49,973 bases of DNA from Candidatus Enterousia sp. (GCA_045539815.1 JAZQGC010000033.1:1-49973); one strand, 5' to 3'; positions 34,320 through 44,067 are shown, counted from the first letter of the stretch. Notes: a model not told the origin generated them from the letters alone. Numbers and translations are program-made.

Positions 34320-34915
34320 AACGCCTTGCGCCCCCCGAACGCCAATGTCAATGTACCATCATCAATATAATCCAAATCGCCACCCAACGGAACACCCGAC
34401 GCCAATTCAGAAAATGTAATTGGATGTTCATCACCAACAAATGACATAATATAGTGCTGGGTGGTTTTTCCTTCGACCGTGTTTGGTAATGCAAATATTA
34501 TTTCACAAATACCTTCGTCTGAAATACGCTGTGATAAATTAGAGATATTTAAATCTTGGGGCAAAATACCAGATGCGCCAGACAACAAACCACCAATTAT
34601 ATGATAACGACCATGAAATACAGATGATTTTTCCAAAACCCAAACATCAGACAAATCACGAACAATGCACAGCTGGCCGTTGGCGCGTGATGCATCACGA
34701 CAAAATTCACACGCCCCACCACCAACATCTGTCAAAACACCACATGTTGGACACGGGGCAATATTTTCAACCGCATCAATTATCGCAGACGCCAATGCCG
34801 CACCACGTCCCGTTTTATCCTGTAATAAAGACAGGGCAATACGCTGGCCACCACGCGAACCAACGCGTGGCAATTTTGCAAATAACTTTATCAACTTTTC
34901 TATTTTTGGATTCAT
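34316..34915 (-). CDS. recR: Recombination protein RecR
   Basis: 199 aa. HhH (LPRVGSRGGQRIALSLL), zinc finger CPTCGVLTD...CEFC, Toprim (LCIVRDLSDVWVLEKS..FHGRYHIIGG). Confidence 0.93.
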   Translation of the reverse strand: MNPKIEKLIKLFAKLPRVGSRGGQRIALSLLQDKTGRGAALASAIIDAVENIAPCPTCGVLTDVGGGACEFCRDASRANGQLCIVRDLSDVWVLEKSSVFHGRYHIIGGLLSGASGILPQDLNISNLSQRISDEGICEIIFALPNTVEGKTTQHYIMSFVGDEHPITFSELASGVPLGGDLDYIDDGTLTLAFGGRKAL

Positions 34916-34927
34916 GGTAACAACATA

Positions 34928-36103
34928 CTAATGAAAAACATAACTGTCAATACTGTTTGCGGTCGCAGATGTTTTTATTTTCTGGGCACCTGTTTCCGAT
35001 AAACCATATGCACGAACACGATATAATCCCGTTCCCGTCGGTTCAATAATCGCATCAACACCCAATTTATTTTTTACATTTTTTACCTGGGTCTGGGCCG
35101 CCTGCTTGGACGAAAAAGCCCCGAACTGAACACCTGTCCCCGCCCCGGCTGATGACGACGATGAAACAACACCCGAAGTGGCAGAATACTTTGGCGCAGC
35201 CGCAGCAGTCGCCGTATTATACGCAGATGAAAAAGTTGTTGGCTGACTGTTCGTATTTGCAACAGTGGGCACAGGCTGGGTTGATACATTTACAGACACC
35301 GGCGCCGCACCATCCCCAACAATTGCAAAACCACGCGTTAACATTTGTGCCGCAATATTTGCACGAACATCTTTATTTTCTGCACCCAAAACAACCGACA
35401 TTAAATGATTATTGCCACGACGCGCCGTCGCAACCAATGAATACTTAGACTTTTTCGTATACCCCGTCTTCATACCGTCACAGCCAGCAAAAGAAGTCAA
35501 CAAACGATTACCATTTGTATAGGTCTTGCCATTATATACCCATGACTTAATACCAAAATAATGCCAATATTCAGGAAAGTGTTTATAAACCGCCATTGAC
35601 AATAACGCAATATCACGCGCAGTCGACATATGATCATCATTAGGCAAACCAGAAGAATTTTCAAAATTAGTGTTCGTCAGTCCAATTTCACGCGCAACAC
35701 GCGTCATTAAATCTGCAAAAGATTCTTCCTGGCCGCCTTTGAGATTTTCGGCCAAAACACGCGCAACATCGTTTGCGCTGTAAACCGCAACAGCCTTTAT
35801 CGCATCTTCGACCTTGATTTTATCGCCGGCCGCCAACCCCAGTTTTACAGGCTGGGCATTTGCAGCAGATTTTGATACAATCAGATAATCATCCAAACTT
35901 AAACGATTATGCGCCAAGGCATCAAATGTTAAATACAACGTCATTATCTTGGTCAAACTGGCCGGATAATTTAACTGATTTGCATTTTCTTGGTACAGTA
36001 CATGACCGGTATTCATATCCGCAACCAACGCCGCACGATACTGGGCCGCATATGCGCCACCAGACAACAATACAAATATTATAAAGGATATCATTCTTCT
36101 CAT
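34928..36103 (-). CDS. D-alanyl-D-alanine carboxypeptidase (PBP5/6-type, S11) with C-terminal SPOR domain
   Basis: 391 aa. Signal peptide, SxxK (ASLTKIM), SxN (SGLPND), KTG (KTGYT). A Ser/Ala/Thr-rich linker precedes the SPOR-like end (GVQFGAFSSKQAAQTQ...LYRVRAYGLSETGAQKI). Confidence 0.88.
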   Translation of the reverse strand: MRRMISFIIFVLLSGGAYAAQYRAALVADMNTGHVLYQENANQLNYPASLTKIMTLYLTFDALAHNRLSLDDYLIVSKSAANAQPVKLGLAAGDKIKVEDAIKAVAVYSANDVARVLAENLKGGQEESFADLMTRVAREIGLTNTNFENSSGLPNDDHMSTARDIALLSMAVYKHFPEYWHYFGIKSWVYNGKTYTNGNRLLTSFAGCDGMKTGYTKKSKYSLVATARRGNNHLMSVVLGAENKDVRANIAAQMLTRGFAIVGDGAAPVSVNVSTQPVPTVANTNSQPTTFSSAYNTATAAAAPKYSATSGVVSSSSSAGAGTGVQFGAFSSKQAAQTQVKNVKNKLGVDAIIEPTGTGLYRVRAYGLSETGAQKIKTSATANSIDSYVFH

Positions 36104-36145
36104 ACACGGTATGTTAGTAAAAAAACATATATCTGGTCAATCATT

Positions 36146-36174
36146 AAAAAAATCCCCAAACGGGGATTTTTTTT
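36146..36174 (-). terminator. Hairpin terminator at the pyk 3' end
   Basis: aaaaaaatcccc aaac ggggatttttttt. It overlaps the pyk stop (36173-36175) and has A/T runs on both sides. Confidence 0.7.
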
Positions 36175-37543
36175 AATCCAATGTTCGCAAACTAATTTTA
36201 TCTTCGTCCACGATAACCAATTTTCCGGTATTTATATTAAAACGACGGGCGGCATTAAAGCCTTCGCGTAATCCGAACAACTGGGGGTCATAAATTGGGA
36301 ACACGCCACGCAGTAAACACAACTGATTTGCAACAACCGCTTCGTTACACACAGCAATTACTGGGATGTCTGGTTTACGACAAGAAATTTCTGTCGCAGC
36401 AATTGTATCACGCGCAAAAACAACAATCGCAGACGCCTTGTTCAAATATGCCATTGATGCAACCGAACGCGACCAATCATTTTCTGGCACATTTTCAACA
36501 CGCGACCAATCATACGGATTGGCAATCGTGTCACCGTCCGCATTAGACAAAATGTTATACATCGTTTCAATCACATTTACAGGATTCATACCAATTGTTG
36601 TTTCTTCGGATGTCATTGTCGAATCCGCACGCAAATATGCCGCATTGGCAACGTCTGTAATTTCTGCACGGGTTGGGAATTCGCTGTTAACCATAGATCC
36701 CAACATTTGCGTTGCAACAATTACAGGACGATTCATTTTTCTGCATTCGCGAATAATATGACGCGAAATTGCGGGCACTTCGGCATAAGGAACCTCTACC
36801 GCCAAATCACCACGCGCAATCATTATACCGTCCGCAACCGATGCAATATCTGTAATACGCGCAACCGCATTTGGACGTTCGATTTTTGCAATTATTTTAA
36901 TTGGATGCGATGTGCGTTCTGTTATAAAATCACGCACTTCGGCAATATCTTCTGGTTTTTGAACAAACGATATCGCAACATAGTCTGGTTTTTTTGTAAT
37001 TGCGTATTCTAAATCAGCCCTGTCTTTTGGCGTCAGAACAGATGTTGCAATTTCTGTATCTGGTAAATTAAAGCCACGTCTGGACCAAATTTCTGTTCCA
37101 CGAATAACAATTGCATCTACGCGTTCTGGGGATGCAAAATCAACGCGCATTTCAATCTTGCCATCGTTTAACAAAATTCTGTCCCCAACACGCAAAGACG
37201 CCAACACATCTGCATCCGGCAATTGGACACGCGTATCATCGCCAGGTGCAGAATCTGTGTCAAATGTAAACTTTTGACCAATTGTCAAAGGATATTTTTC
37301 TTCGGTGGCAAAATTACCAATGCGATGTTTTGGCCCCTGCAAGTCAACCATAACCGCAACTGGTGTTCCCAATTCTTGGGATATTTCACGAATCATATCA
37401 ATTTTACGCCCCTGAACATCACCGGTATCATGACTAAAATTCAAACGACACATATTAACACCCGCAGATATCATGCGCGTCAGGGTTTCTTTATCTTCAC
37501 ATTTTGGACCAATAGATGCAGTAATTTTTGTAAATTTATTCAT
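36173..37543 (-). CDS. pyk: Pyruvate kinase
   Basis: 456 aa. KITASIGP, RLNFSHD, MIARGDLAVEVP. Confidence 0.95.
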   Translation of the reverse strand: MNKFTKITASIGPKCEDKETLTRMISAGVNMCRLNFSHDTGDVQGRKIDMIREISQELGTPVAVMVDLQGPKHRIGNFATEEKYPLTIGQKFTFDTDSAPGDDTRVQLPDADVLASLRVGDRILLNDGKIEMRVDFASPERVDAIVIRGTEIWSRRGFNLPDTEIATSVLTPKDRADLEYAITKKPDYVAISFVQKPEDIAEVRDFITERTSHPIKIIAKIERPNAVARITDIASVADGIMIARGDLAVEVPYAEVPAISRHIIRECRKMNRPVIVATQMLGSMVNSEFPTRAEITDVANAAYLRADSTMTSEETTIGMNPVNVIETMYNILSNADGDTIANPYDWSRVENVPENDWSRSVASMAYLNKASAIVVFARDTIAATEISCRKPDIPVIAVCNEAVVANQLCLLRGVFPIYDPQLFGLREGFNAARRFNINTGKLVIVDEDKISLRTLD

Positions 37544-37632
37544 AAGCTTTTTCCTGAGTATTTTTGTTTTTCTTGATTTTTACGAATTATCATATATCAT
37601 AATCTTGGCAAATAAACAAGGGGAAAACAGAA

Positions 37633-37881
37633 ATGAAACAAGCAAATCACGGTGCAATCGATAACGAACAACTGGTCAGCATCATCGAACGCATTGAAAA
37701 ACTGAACGAAGATACCGCCGCAATCGCAGCAGATATCAAAGAAATTTACAGCGAAGCAAAATCTGCTGGATTTGACCCAAAATACATACGCCAGATGATA
37801 CGTCTGCGTAAACTGGACCCAGATGAACTGGACGAAGCAGATGAACTGACACAAATGTACAGAAATGCCCTGGGGTTGTAA
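37633..37881 (+). CDS. gapR: GapR-like nucleoid-associated protein (DUF2312/UPF0335)
   Basis: 82 aa. LVSIIERIEKLNEDTAAIAADIKEIYSEAKSAGFDPKYIRQMIRLRKLD...MYRNALGL parallels Caulobacter GapR almost motif for motif. Confidence 0.85.
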   Translation: MKQANHGAIDNEQLVSIIERIEKLNEDTAAIAADIKEIYSEAKSAGFDPKYIRQMIRLRKLDPDELDEADELTQMYRNALGL

Positions 37882-38195
37882 TGAAAGGCTTTACACGAAC
37901 AATCGAAGATTTTAACTGTGCCCATTGCGGCACAGTTGTTCGTGGTAACGGATATACCAATCATTGTCCAAACTGTCTGTGGTCAAAACATGTGGACAAT
38001 AATCCTGGCGACAGAAACGCCACTTGCGGTGGCATGATGAAGCCAATATCCGCAGAAACAGATGGCGACAAATTTGTCATAACGCACAAATGTGAAATTT
38101 GCGGAAAAATAAAAAGACAAAAAACATCTGATAATGATAATATTGATGCGATTATCGAATTAAGCGCAGATAAATCTTTTATTTTTGGCAAATAA
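37881..38195 (+). CDS. RNHCP-domain zinc-ribbon protein
   Basis: 104 aa. FNCAHCG...YTNHCPNCLWSKHVD..PGDR..TCGGMMKP, plus a second CxxC (CEICG). Its start overlaps the gapR stop (taATG). Confidence 0.8.
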   Translation: MKGFTRTIEDFNCAHCGTVVRGNGYTNHCPNCLWSKHVDNNPGDRNATCGGMMKPISAETDGDKFVITHKCEICGKIKRQKTSDNDNIDAIIELSADKSFIFGK

Positions 38196-38234
38196 ATATT
38201 GCAGCACATATATATTAAATCCTATACTGGTCAC

Positions 38235-40181
38235 ATGCGCGAGTGGCTGGAAAATCAATATCAAAATAAATTCTTGTACACGCCGTTTTTACTGGCCGGC
38301 GGGGCGGCATTGTATTTTACAGCAAATCAAGAACCCGATTTAATTACAACCGTTTTGCTGACCGCCACAATGTTTGCAATCTTGTTAATACCAAAGGCAA
38401 CAAAACTGTTGCGCGCACCGTTTATTTTAATGTTTGGATTTTGCTATGCATTAATATTCACACATATAATCAACACACCTATTTTAAAACACGATATACA
38501 CAATCTGAATATAAACGGCGTGGTTACAAACATTGATTACACACCCGATAAAAACAGAATACTGTTGTCGGTGGATGCAAATGAACTGGGGGCCGGGAAC
38601 AAACAAACGGCCATCAGACTGTCTGTGATTGACGACATTACAATGCCAAATATTGGTGACACAATCAATGTAACCGGAAAATTGTTTAAACCAGACGCAC
38701 CCGTTGCGCCAGAAGCTTTTGATTTTTCACGCTGGTTATATTTTAACAAAATTTGCGCAACAGGATATGCCACCAACATACAAATCACAGACAGTTCGGT
38801 ATTGTCTGGGATAAAAAATTTACGCGATAAAATACATCGTAAATCAAATTCTTTTTTAACAGACACATTGGTCTTGGGTTATAAACAGACCCTGCCCGAA
38901 CAACACGCACAAAATTGGACCACAACGGGCGTCGGACACATATGGTCAATCAGCGGTTTTCATATGACATTGGTTGGCGGATGGTTATTCTTGTTATTTT
39001 ATACAATATTTCGCGCGATACCATATATCACACGCAGAATCCCGGCAAAAATCCCCGCCATATGTTGTGCGTGGGGTGGATTACTGTTTTATTTAATTCT
39101 GTCCGGAACAGATATCGCAACAATGCGCGCATTTATAATGACCAGTTTAATATTTGCCGCGTTCATAATTGGGCGAAACGCAATTTCAACACGCAATGTC
39201 GCATTGGCTTTTTGTATATTGTTTTTTATTAATCCGCATTATATTATGCAGGCCGGATTTCAATTATCTTTTGCCGCAGTTTTTGGATTGGTATGGTTGT
39301 ACAACGACATAAAGCCCAAAATGCCACATAACAAAATATTAAAAATAATATACGCAACTGTTTTAACAACACTGGTTGCAACAATTTTTACCGCACCATT
39401 TGTTGCAATACACTTTGGTCAAATTCCAACATACGGATTGATTGGCAATTTAATATTCTTGCCGATATTTTCGTTGATAATTATGCCGTTGATTTTAATC
39501 GGAACAATAACAACAATGTTTAATTACGAACAACCCGTGTTGATTGCAAACAATATTTATAACTGGGCGTATAATATCGCAACACAAATTGCAGACTGGC
39601 CATATGCGACACTGCAAACACCGCACATACCAAACAGTGCAATCGCATTGTTCATATGCGCATTTATTTGTTTAATCTTGGTAAAAAACATCAAGATAAA
39701 AACAAATTACATTTTATTTCTGTTATTTATTATTTTGGGAACAATAAATATATACACATATAAAAAGCCTGTATTCTATACAACATATGATCACGAATTG
39801 GTGGCCTTTAAAAACAGGGACGGTCTGTTAGAATTTAATAAATCACGTGCATCAAATCACTATTTTGCTTTTGATACATGGAAACAAATAAATGGCGAAA
39901 ACACAAAAACTAAAAACACCAGGCGCAAACATAACAAAGGTGTCTATGATTACAATACAGAAAATTTTAATATGGTTTATATACAAAAATTTGTGCCACT
40001 GATGAAAAATCTGAAACAGGCATGTGAAAATAACGATATAAAATACATTGTTTCTTATTTCGATATAACATCAGAAAAATGTAAAAATAAAATATTGCGT
40101 GGTGCGCTGACAATATCGCCAGATGGCACAGTTAATTATTTGCCACACAATCGTCGTTGGATGCATAATCCGCACGAATAA
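38235..40181 (+). CDS. comEC: ComEC/Rec2-family DNA internalisation channel protein (no metallo-beta-lactamase domain)
   Basis: ORF 38199-40181, with a TTG as the track start and a likely ATG at 38235. N-terminal OB/DUF4131-like region and the competence-domain motif GVGHIWSISGFHMTLVGG. Many TMs. The C-terminal ~130 aa lack HxHxDH. Confidence 0.85.
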   Translation: MREWLENQYQNKFLYTPFLLAGGAALYFTANQEPDLITTVLLTATMFAILLIPKATKLLRAPFILMFGFCYALIFTHIINTPILKHDIHNLNINGVVTNIDYTPDKNRILLSVDANELGAGNKQTAIRLSVIDDITMPNIGDTINVTGKLFKPDAPVAPEAFDFSRWLYFNKICATGYATNIQITDSSVLSGIKNLRDKIHRKSNSFLTDTLVLGYKQTLPEQHAQNWTTTGVGHIWSISGFHMTLVGGWLFLLFYTIFRAIPYITRRIPAKIPAICCAWGGLLFYLILSGTDIATMRAFIMTSLIFAAFIIGRNAISTRNVALAFCILFFINPHYIMQAGFQLSFAAVFGLVWLYNDIKPKMPHNKILKIIYATVLTTLVATIFTAPFVAIHFGQIPTYGLIGNLIFLPIFSLIIMPLILIGTITTMFNYEQPVLIANNIYNWAYNIATQIADWPYATLQTPHIPNSAIALFICAFICLILVKNIKIKTNYILFLLFIILGTINIYTYKKPVFYTTYDHELVAFKNRDGLLEFNKSRASNHYFAFDTWKQINGENTKTKNTRRKHNKGVYDYNTENFNMVYIQKFVPLMKNLKQACENNDIKYIVSYFDITSEKCKNKILRGALTISPDGTVNYLPHNRRWMHNPHE

Positions 40182-40893
40182 AATACAACCCAGACGCAGG
40201 CGCTGTTGGACCGGCCGCACTGCGATTCTTGGCATCCAGAACTTGTTTCATATCGTATGGTTTTCCATGTCCGACCGCTATCAATGTGCCAACAATATTA
40301 CGAACCATGTGATGCAAAAAAGAACGCGCAGAAAATTCAAAAATTATTTCATCACCTTGTTTGATTATATTAATTTTATCCAATGTCTTGATGGGTGATT
40401 TAGCCTGGCATTCTGATGCACGAAAACTGGTAAAATCATGACAGCCAATTAACGCCTGGGCCGCGACACGCATTGCGTCAACATCCAGTGGACGACGAAC
40501 CCAGCAAACACGATTATTTTGTAATACAGGCGCAGTCGCACGATTTAAAACAACATATTTATAATGACGCGCAACACAATCAAAACGCGCATGAAAATCA
40601 TCGTCAACAACCATACAATCCAATACACACACAGGCTGACCCTTGAGATAAAAGTTTAATGCGCGCATAACTGTATTCGCAGAAAAATCACCATCTATAT
40701 CAATATGCGCAGTCATACATACCGCATGAACACCCGCATCTGTTCGTCCCGCACCAACAACATCGCCACGCACGCCACAGAATTTTTCCATCGCGTCTTT
40801 GACCAATGATTGCACAGATGGTCCCTGGCGATTTTCCTGCCAGCCAATTAAATTCGTACCATCGTATTCAAGATTAATTTTATAACGCGTCAT
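40132..40893 (-). CDS. truA: tRNA pseudouridine(38-40) synthase TruA
   Basis: 253 aa. YDGTNLIGWQ, GAGRTDAGVHA. def-fmt-truA synteny. The 3' end overlaps the comEC 3' end by 50 nt. Confidence 0.93.
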   Translation of the reverse strand: MTRYKINLEYDGTNLIGWQENRQGPSVQSLVKDAMEKFCGVRGDVVGAGRTDAGVHAVCMTAHIDIDGDFSANTVMRALNFYLKGQPVCVLDCMVVDDDFHARFDCVARHYKYVVLNRATAPVLQNNRVCWVRRPLDVDAMRVAAQALIGCHDFTSFRASECQAKSPIKTLDKINIIKQGDEIIFEFSARSFLHHMVRNIVGTLIAVGHGKPYDMKQVLDAKNRSAAGPTAPASGLYFIRADYASNDDCVANN

Positions 40894-40908
40894 TTTTTAT
40901 CCGATGTA

Positions 40909-41715
40909 TTATTCCCCAAACTTAATTTCCGCACCACGCAGACCATTTACAAAACTTTTCCAATCCATCGGTTTTTTCCCCGCAGGCTGCAACTGTAATA
41001 TTTTCAGATTATCGCCATCCAAATGGGTTGATAAAATCTTTACATCCATGCCATTGATTTTTGTACGCCCCGCCCCCAATGCACGAATTTGATTATGAAC
41101 CGCAATATTGCCACGCGACCAATCAATTATTTCATCCGCCCCGGTCCATTTGCGCGTAAAAGACGGTTCGCCAACCTGGGGAACGGCGGGATAGGCAGAT
41201 GGATTTTGTAAATACTTAATCAACATTTCAGAACCAATCTGTGAAACAACTGATTCAATCGTATCATTTGTGTCATCGGGGCCAATATCAAATTCACGAC
41301 ACATATAAATTTCACCAGCGTCTAATTCAGGCGTTACACGCATTAAACATACCGCAGATTTCGTATCACCATTATAAATCGCAGTACGTATTGGTGACGG
41401 ACCACGATATTTTGGTAATGTACTGGGGTGAATATTAACGCATGGGGCAGACGACAAAACATTGTCACGCAGAATAACACCATAAGATATAACAACAATC
41501 ATATCTGGCGAATAATTGTATTCTTGTATATTTGTATGCACACGCAAACCGTTATCCTGGGCCCAGACATGCACAGGCGATGGCGTCATAACCTGTTTAC
41601 GTCCAACAGGCTTTGGCGCACGGGTAAACACAGCCATTATTTCATGCCCGGCAGATTTTATCGCATCAAAAATTGGAACAACAAATGCGTTTGTCCCCAT
41701 TAAAACCAGTTTCAT
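40909..41715 (-). CDS. fmt: Methionyl-tRNA formyltransferase (compact, 268 aa)
   Basis: MGTNAFVVPIF, HPSTLPKYRGPSPI. Lies downstream of def. Confidence 0.9.
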   Translation of the reverse strand: MKLVLMGTNAFVVPIFDAIKSAGHEIMAVFTRAPKPVGRKQVMTPSPVHVWAQDNGLRVHTNIQEYNYSPDMIVVISYGVILRDNVLSSAPCVNIHPSTLPKYRGPSPIRTAIYNGDTKSAVCLMRVTPELDAGEIYMCREFDIGPDDTNDTIESVVSQIGSEMLIKYLQNPSAYPAVPQVGEPSFTRKWTGADEIIDWSRGNIAVHNQIRALGAGRTKINGMDVKILSTHLDGDNLKILQLQPAGKKPMDWKSFVNGLRGAEIKFGE

Positions 41716-41716
41716 T

Positions 41717-42217
41717 TTATTTACGCTTTTTTACCTTTCTCATCACCATTTCACGACGCAATGGTGATAAATGATCAATAAACAATTTGCCATCCAGATG
41801 GTCTGTTTCATGCTGAACAATTCGCGCCGGCGTGCCAGACATCTGGGCAGTGTTTTCCCTGCCTGTTTCATCGGTCCAAGAAACAACCACTGATTGTGGA
41901 CGTGTAACCTTGGCAAATACGGGCAGACCGTCATTCCCAAGCACAGACAAACAGCCTTCGTCCATTGTGCACACATCCGAACTGTATGACACAATACGCG
42001 GATTAATCATACGATAGACCGTTTCCGAATCAGGATCCATCATCACCAGAAAACGCGACAGAATACCAACCTGGGGCGCGGCCAAGCCAACACCATTTTG
42101 TTCGCGCATCATTTCCACCATTTCATCCATGGCAGATAATAATTCTGGCGATATATTATCAACAGGCGCACAATTTGTGCGCAAAACCAAATCACCACAA
42201 AGTTTCATTTGCAACAT
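41717..42217 (-). CDS. def: Peptide deformylase
   Basis: 166 aa. GVGLAAPQVG, EGCLS, HETDHL. Confidence 0.95.
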   Translation of the reverse strand: MLQMKLCGDLVLRTNCAPVDNISPELLSAMDEMVEMMREQNGVGLAAPQVGILSRFLVMMDPDSETVYRMINPRIVSYSSDVCTMDEGCLSVLGNDGLPVFAKVTRPQSVVVSWTDETGRENTAQMSGTPARIVQHETDHLDGKLFIDHLSPLRREMVMRKVKKRK

Positions 42218-42259
42218 TTATAAAACCTCTTATAATTAATCATAGCAAAGGATTAGGAA

Positions 42260-43138
42260 ATGACAACTTATATTTTTTTATTACTGGGAATTATAATCTT
42301 ATTATTGGTCGTATTGATAATGCGTAAACCCGTGGTGGATATATCTGCACTGCGCGAAGATAACGCCAGACTGCGTGAAAGGTTGGCGGAAAGGTTGGGC
42401 GCACTTAGTCAGAACGCAATAGAACTTAAAAACATCAGTGGCGATATCGCAAACTTTAAAAACATACTTATGGGCAACAAACAAGCGCGCGGTACATTTG
42501 GTGAAAGACAACTGGAAGACCTGGTCCGCGATATTATGCCACCAGAAACATACGAATTTCAACATGTGATGAGCACCGGTGTCCGACCAGACTGTATAAT
42601 CAGGTTGCCATACCCGCCAGGCGACATGATTATTGACAGCAAGTTTCCATTGGAAAGCTATAACCGTATGTTAGAAAACGAAAATGATGGTATGATACAA
42701 AAACAATTCGAACTGGATGTGCGAAAACATATTGATGCGATTGGTGAAAAATATATCATACCAGGGCAAACAGCAGAATCTGCGATGATGTTTATTGCAT
42801 CTGAATCTATATTTGAAACACTGCACAGAAAGTTTCCAAACACGATTGAATACGCAGCACGAAAAAAAGTTTTTATTGTTTCACCTGCAACATTGTGGGC
42901 GACACTGAATACGATTCGCGCCGTGCTGTCTGATATAAAAATCAAACGCGTTGCAGCGCAAATCAAAAAAGAACTGGATATGTTGCTGACAGACCTGAAC
43001 AGATTATCTGGTCGTGCAGACAATGTTGCCCGACACTTTGCACAGGCACAAACAGACATTGAACAATTACAAATATCGGTGTCAAAAATTGCACCACGCG
43101 CAGAAAAATTACGTGATATGGATTTTGGCGAAGAATAA
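42260..43138 (+). CDS. rmuC: DNA recombination protein RmuC (short form)
   Basis: 292 aa. N-terminal TM and coiled coil, then the RmuC core (RGTFGERQLEDLVRDIMP...RPDCIIRLP...IIDSKFPLESY). Confidence 0.85.
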   Translation: MTTYIFLLLGIIILLLVVLIMRKPVVDISALREDNARLRERLAERLGALSQNAIELKNISGDIANFKNILMGNKQARGTFGERQLEDLVRDIMPPETYEFQHVMSTGVRPDCIIRLPYPPGDMIIDSKFPLESYNRMLENENDGMIQKQFELDVRKHIDAIGEKYIIPGQTAESAMMFIASESIFETLHRKFPNTIEYAARKKVFIVSPATLWATLNTIRAVLSDIKIKRVAAQIKKELDMLLTDLNRLSGRADNVARHFAQAQTDIEQLQISVSKIAPRAEKLRDMDFGEE

Positions 43139-43163
43139 AAAAACCGCATTATGCGGTTTTTTT
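43137..43163. terminator. Bidirectional terminator between rmuC and the 93-aa ORF
   Basis: aaaaaaaccgca tta tgcggttttttt. It begins at the rmuC stop and overlaps the 3' end of the minus-strand ORF. Confidence 0.75.
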
Positions 43164-43430
43164 ATTTCTTTTTTTTGGTTGCGTATTTTGATTTGCTTTA
43201 TCGCCCAGAATTTGTACCTGCATTTGCAAAATTAAATTTTCCTTTTCTTTTATCTGGGACAACAAACGCGCATTTTCTTCTTTGATTTGCTGTAATGCCT
43301 GACGACTGATTGCCTGTTGACTTAACATCTTGCGATTTCTTTTACGATTTAAATAAAACGCAAACACCGCGCCCAACACGGCACCAATCGTCGCGCTAAG
43401 CACATCAAAAAGTGTTTCTAGGATAACCAT
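43149..43430 (-). CDS. Small membrane-anchored coiled-coil protein (93 aa), function unknown
   Basis: N-terminal TM (ATIGAVLGAVFAFYL), then a heptad-like QALQQIKEENARLLSQIKEKENLILQMQ and a basic tail. The architecture resembles FtsB/DivIC but this is unverified. Confidence 0.5.
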   Translation of the reverse strand: MVILETLFDVLSATIGAVLGAVFAFYLNRKRNRKMLSQQAISRQALQQIKEENARLLSQIKEKENLILQMQVQILGDKANQNTQPKKRNKKTA

Positions 43431-43470
43431 AGAAACACTGTAACATTTTTATTAAATAAAATCATTGGGC

Positions 43471-44067
43471 TTATTTTCTTAACCCCGTCTTGGAATCAAT
43501 CCAAACTTGTTCTTGGGCGATTTCCATCATCGGCATATCAGATATATGATCTGAATACGCACGAACAACATTTGGTATTATTTTATTTTCTGTTGCCCAT
43601 TGGTCCATAATACGAACCTTGTTCGCGCCCCAACACAAAAATTCATAACGCCATGGTTTTTTCGGATCAGTACGCGAACAAAATACCGCGTCAAATTTCA
43701 TATCACGAACCAGGGCTGGCAACAAATAATCCGGGCTGGCAGAAACCATTATAACCTTGCGTCCGGCATCACGTTCACTTTGCACGCGTTCCTTGGCCCA
43801 ACCAAAACGTTCGCGACGATGCTGCTTGATAAAATCAGCAGAATATTTTCGCACCAAACCAACCGTCATAAAACGACGCATATTTTCACGCCACCATACA
43901 CCACCTGGATTTATCTTCTTGGCAATAAAGGCAACACCCATCCATGGCAAAAACAGCCACGGATAAATACTGCGGCGCATGCAATATTTTGCAAATTCTA
44001 TGTTCGTGTCACCACACGACAAGGTCCCATCAAAATCAAATAGTACAACATCTGTCTTTTTTAACAT
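43471..44067 (-). CDS. HAD-IB family hydrolase
   Basis: 198 aa. Motif I LFDFDGTL, VSASPD, and a C-terminal YSDHISDMPM. Confidence 0.8.
   Translation of the reverse strand: MLKKTDVVLFDFDGTLSCGDTNIEFAKYCMRRSIYPWLFLPWMGVAFIAKKINPGGVWWRENMRRFMTVGLVRKYSADFIKQHRRERFGWAKERVQSERDAGRKVIMVSASPDYLLPALVRDMKFDAVFCSRTDPKKPWRYEFLCWGANKVRIMDQWATENKIIPNVVRAYSDHISDMPMMEIAQEQVWIDSKTGLRK

Noticed and set aside
40909-41715. Short fmt (268 aa), rmuC (292 aa) and efflux adaptor read as pseudogene fragments
   Set aside because: All are uninterrupted ORFs that retain the catalytic or signature motifs and sit in intact operon contexts. The shortening is consistent with general protein-size reduction, not with decay.
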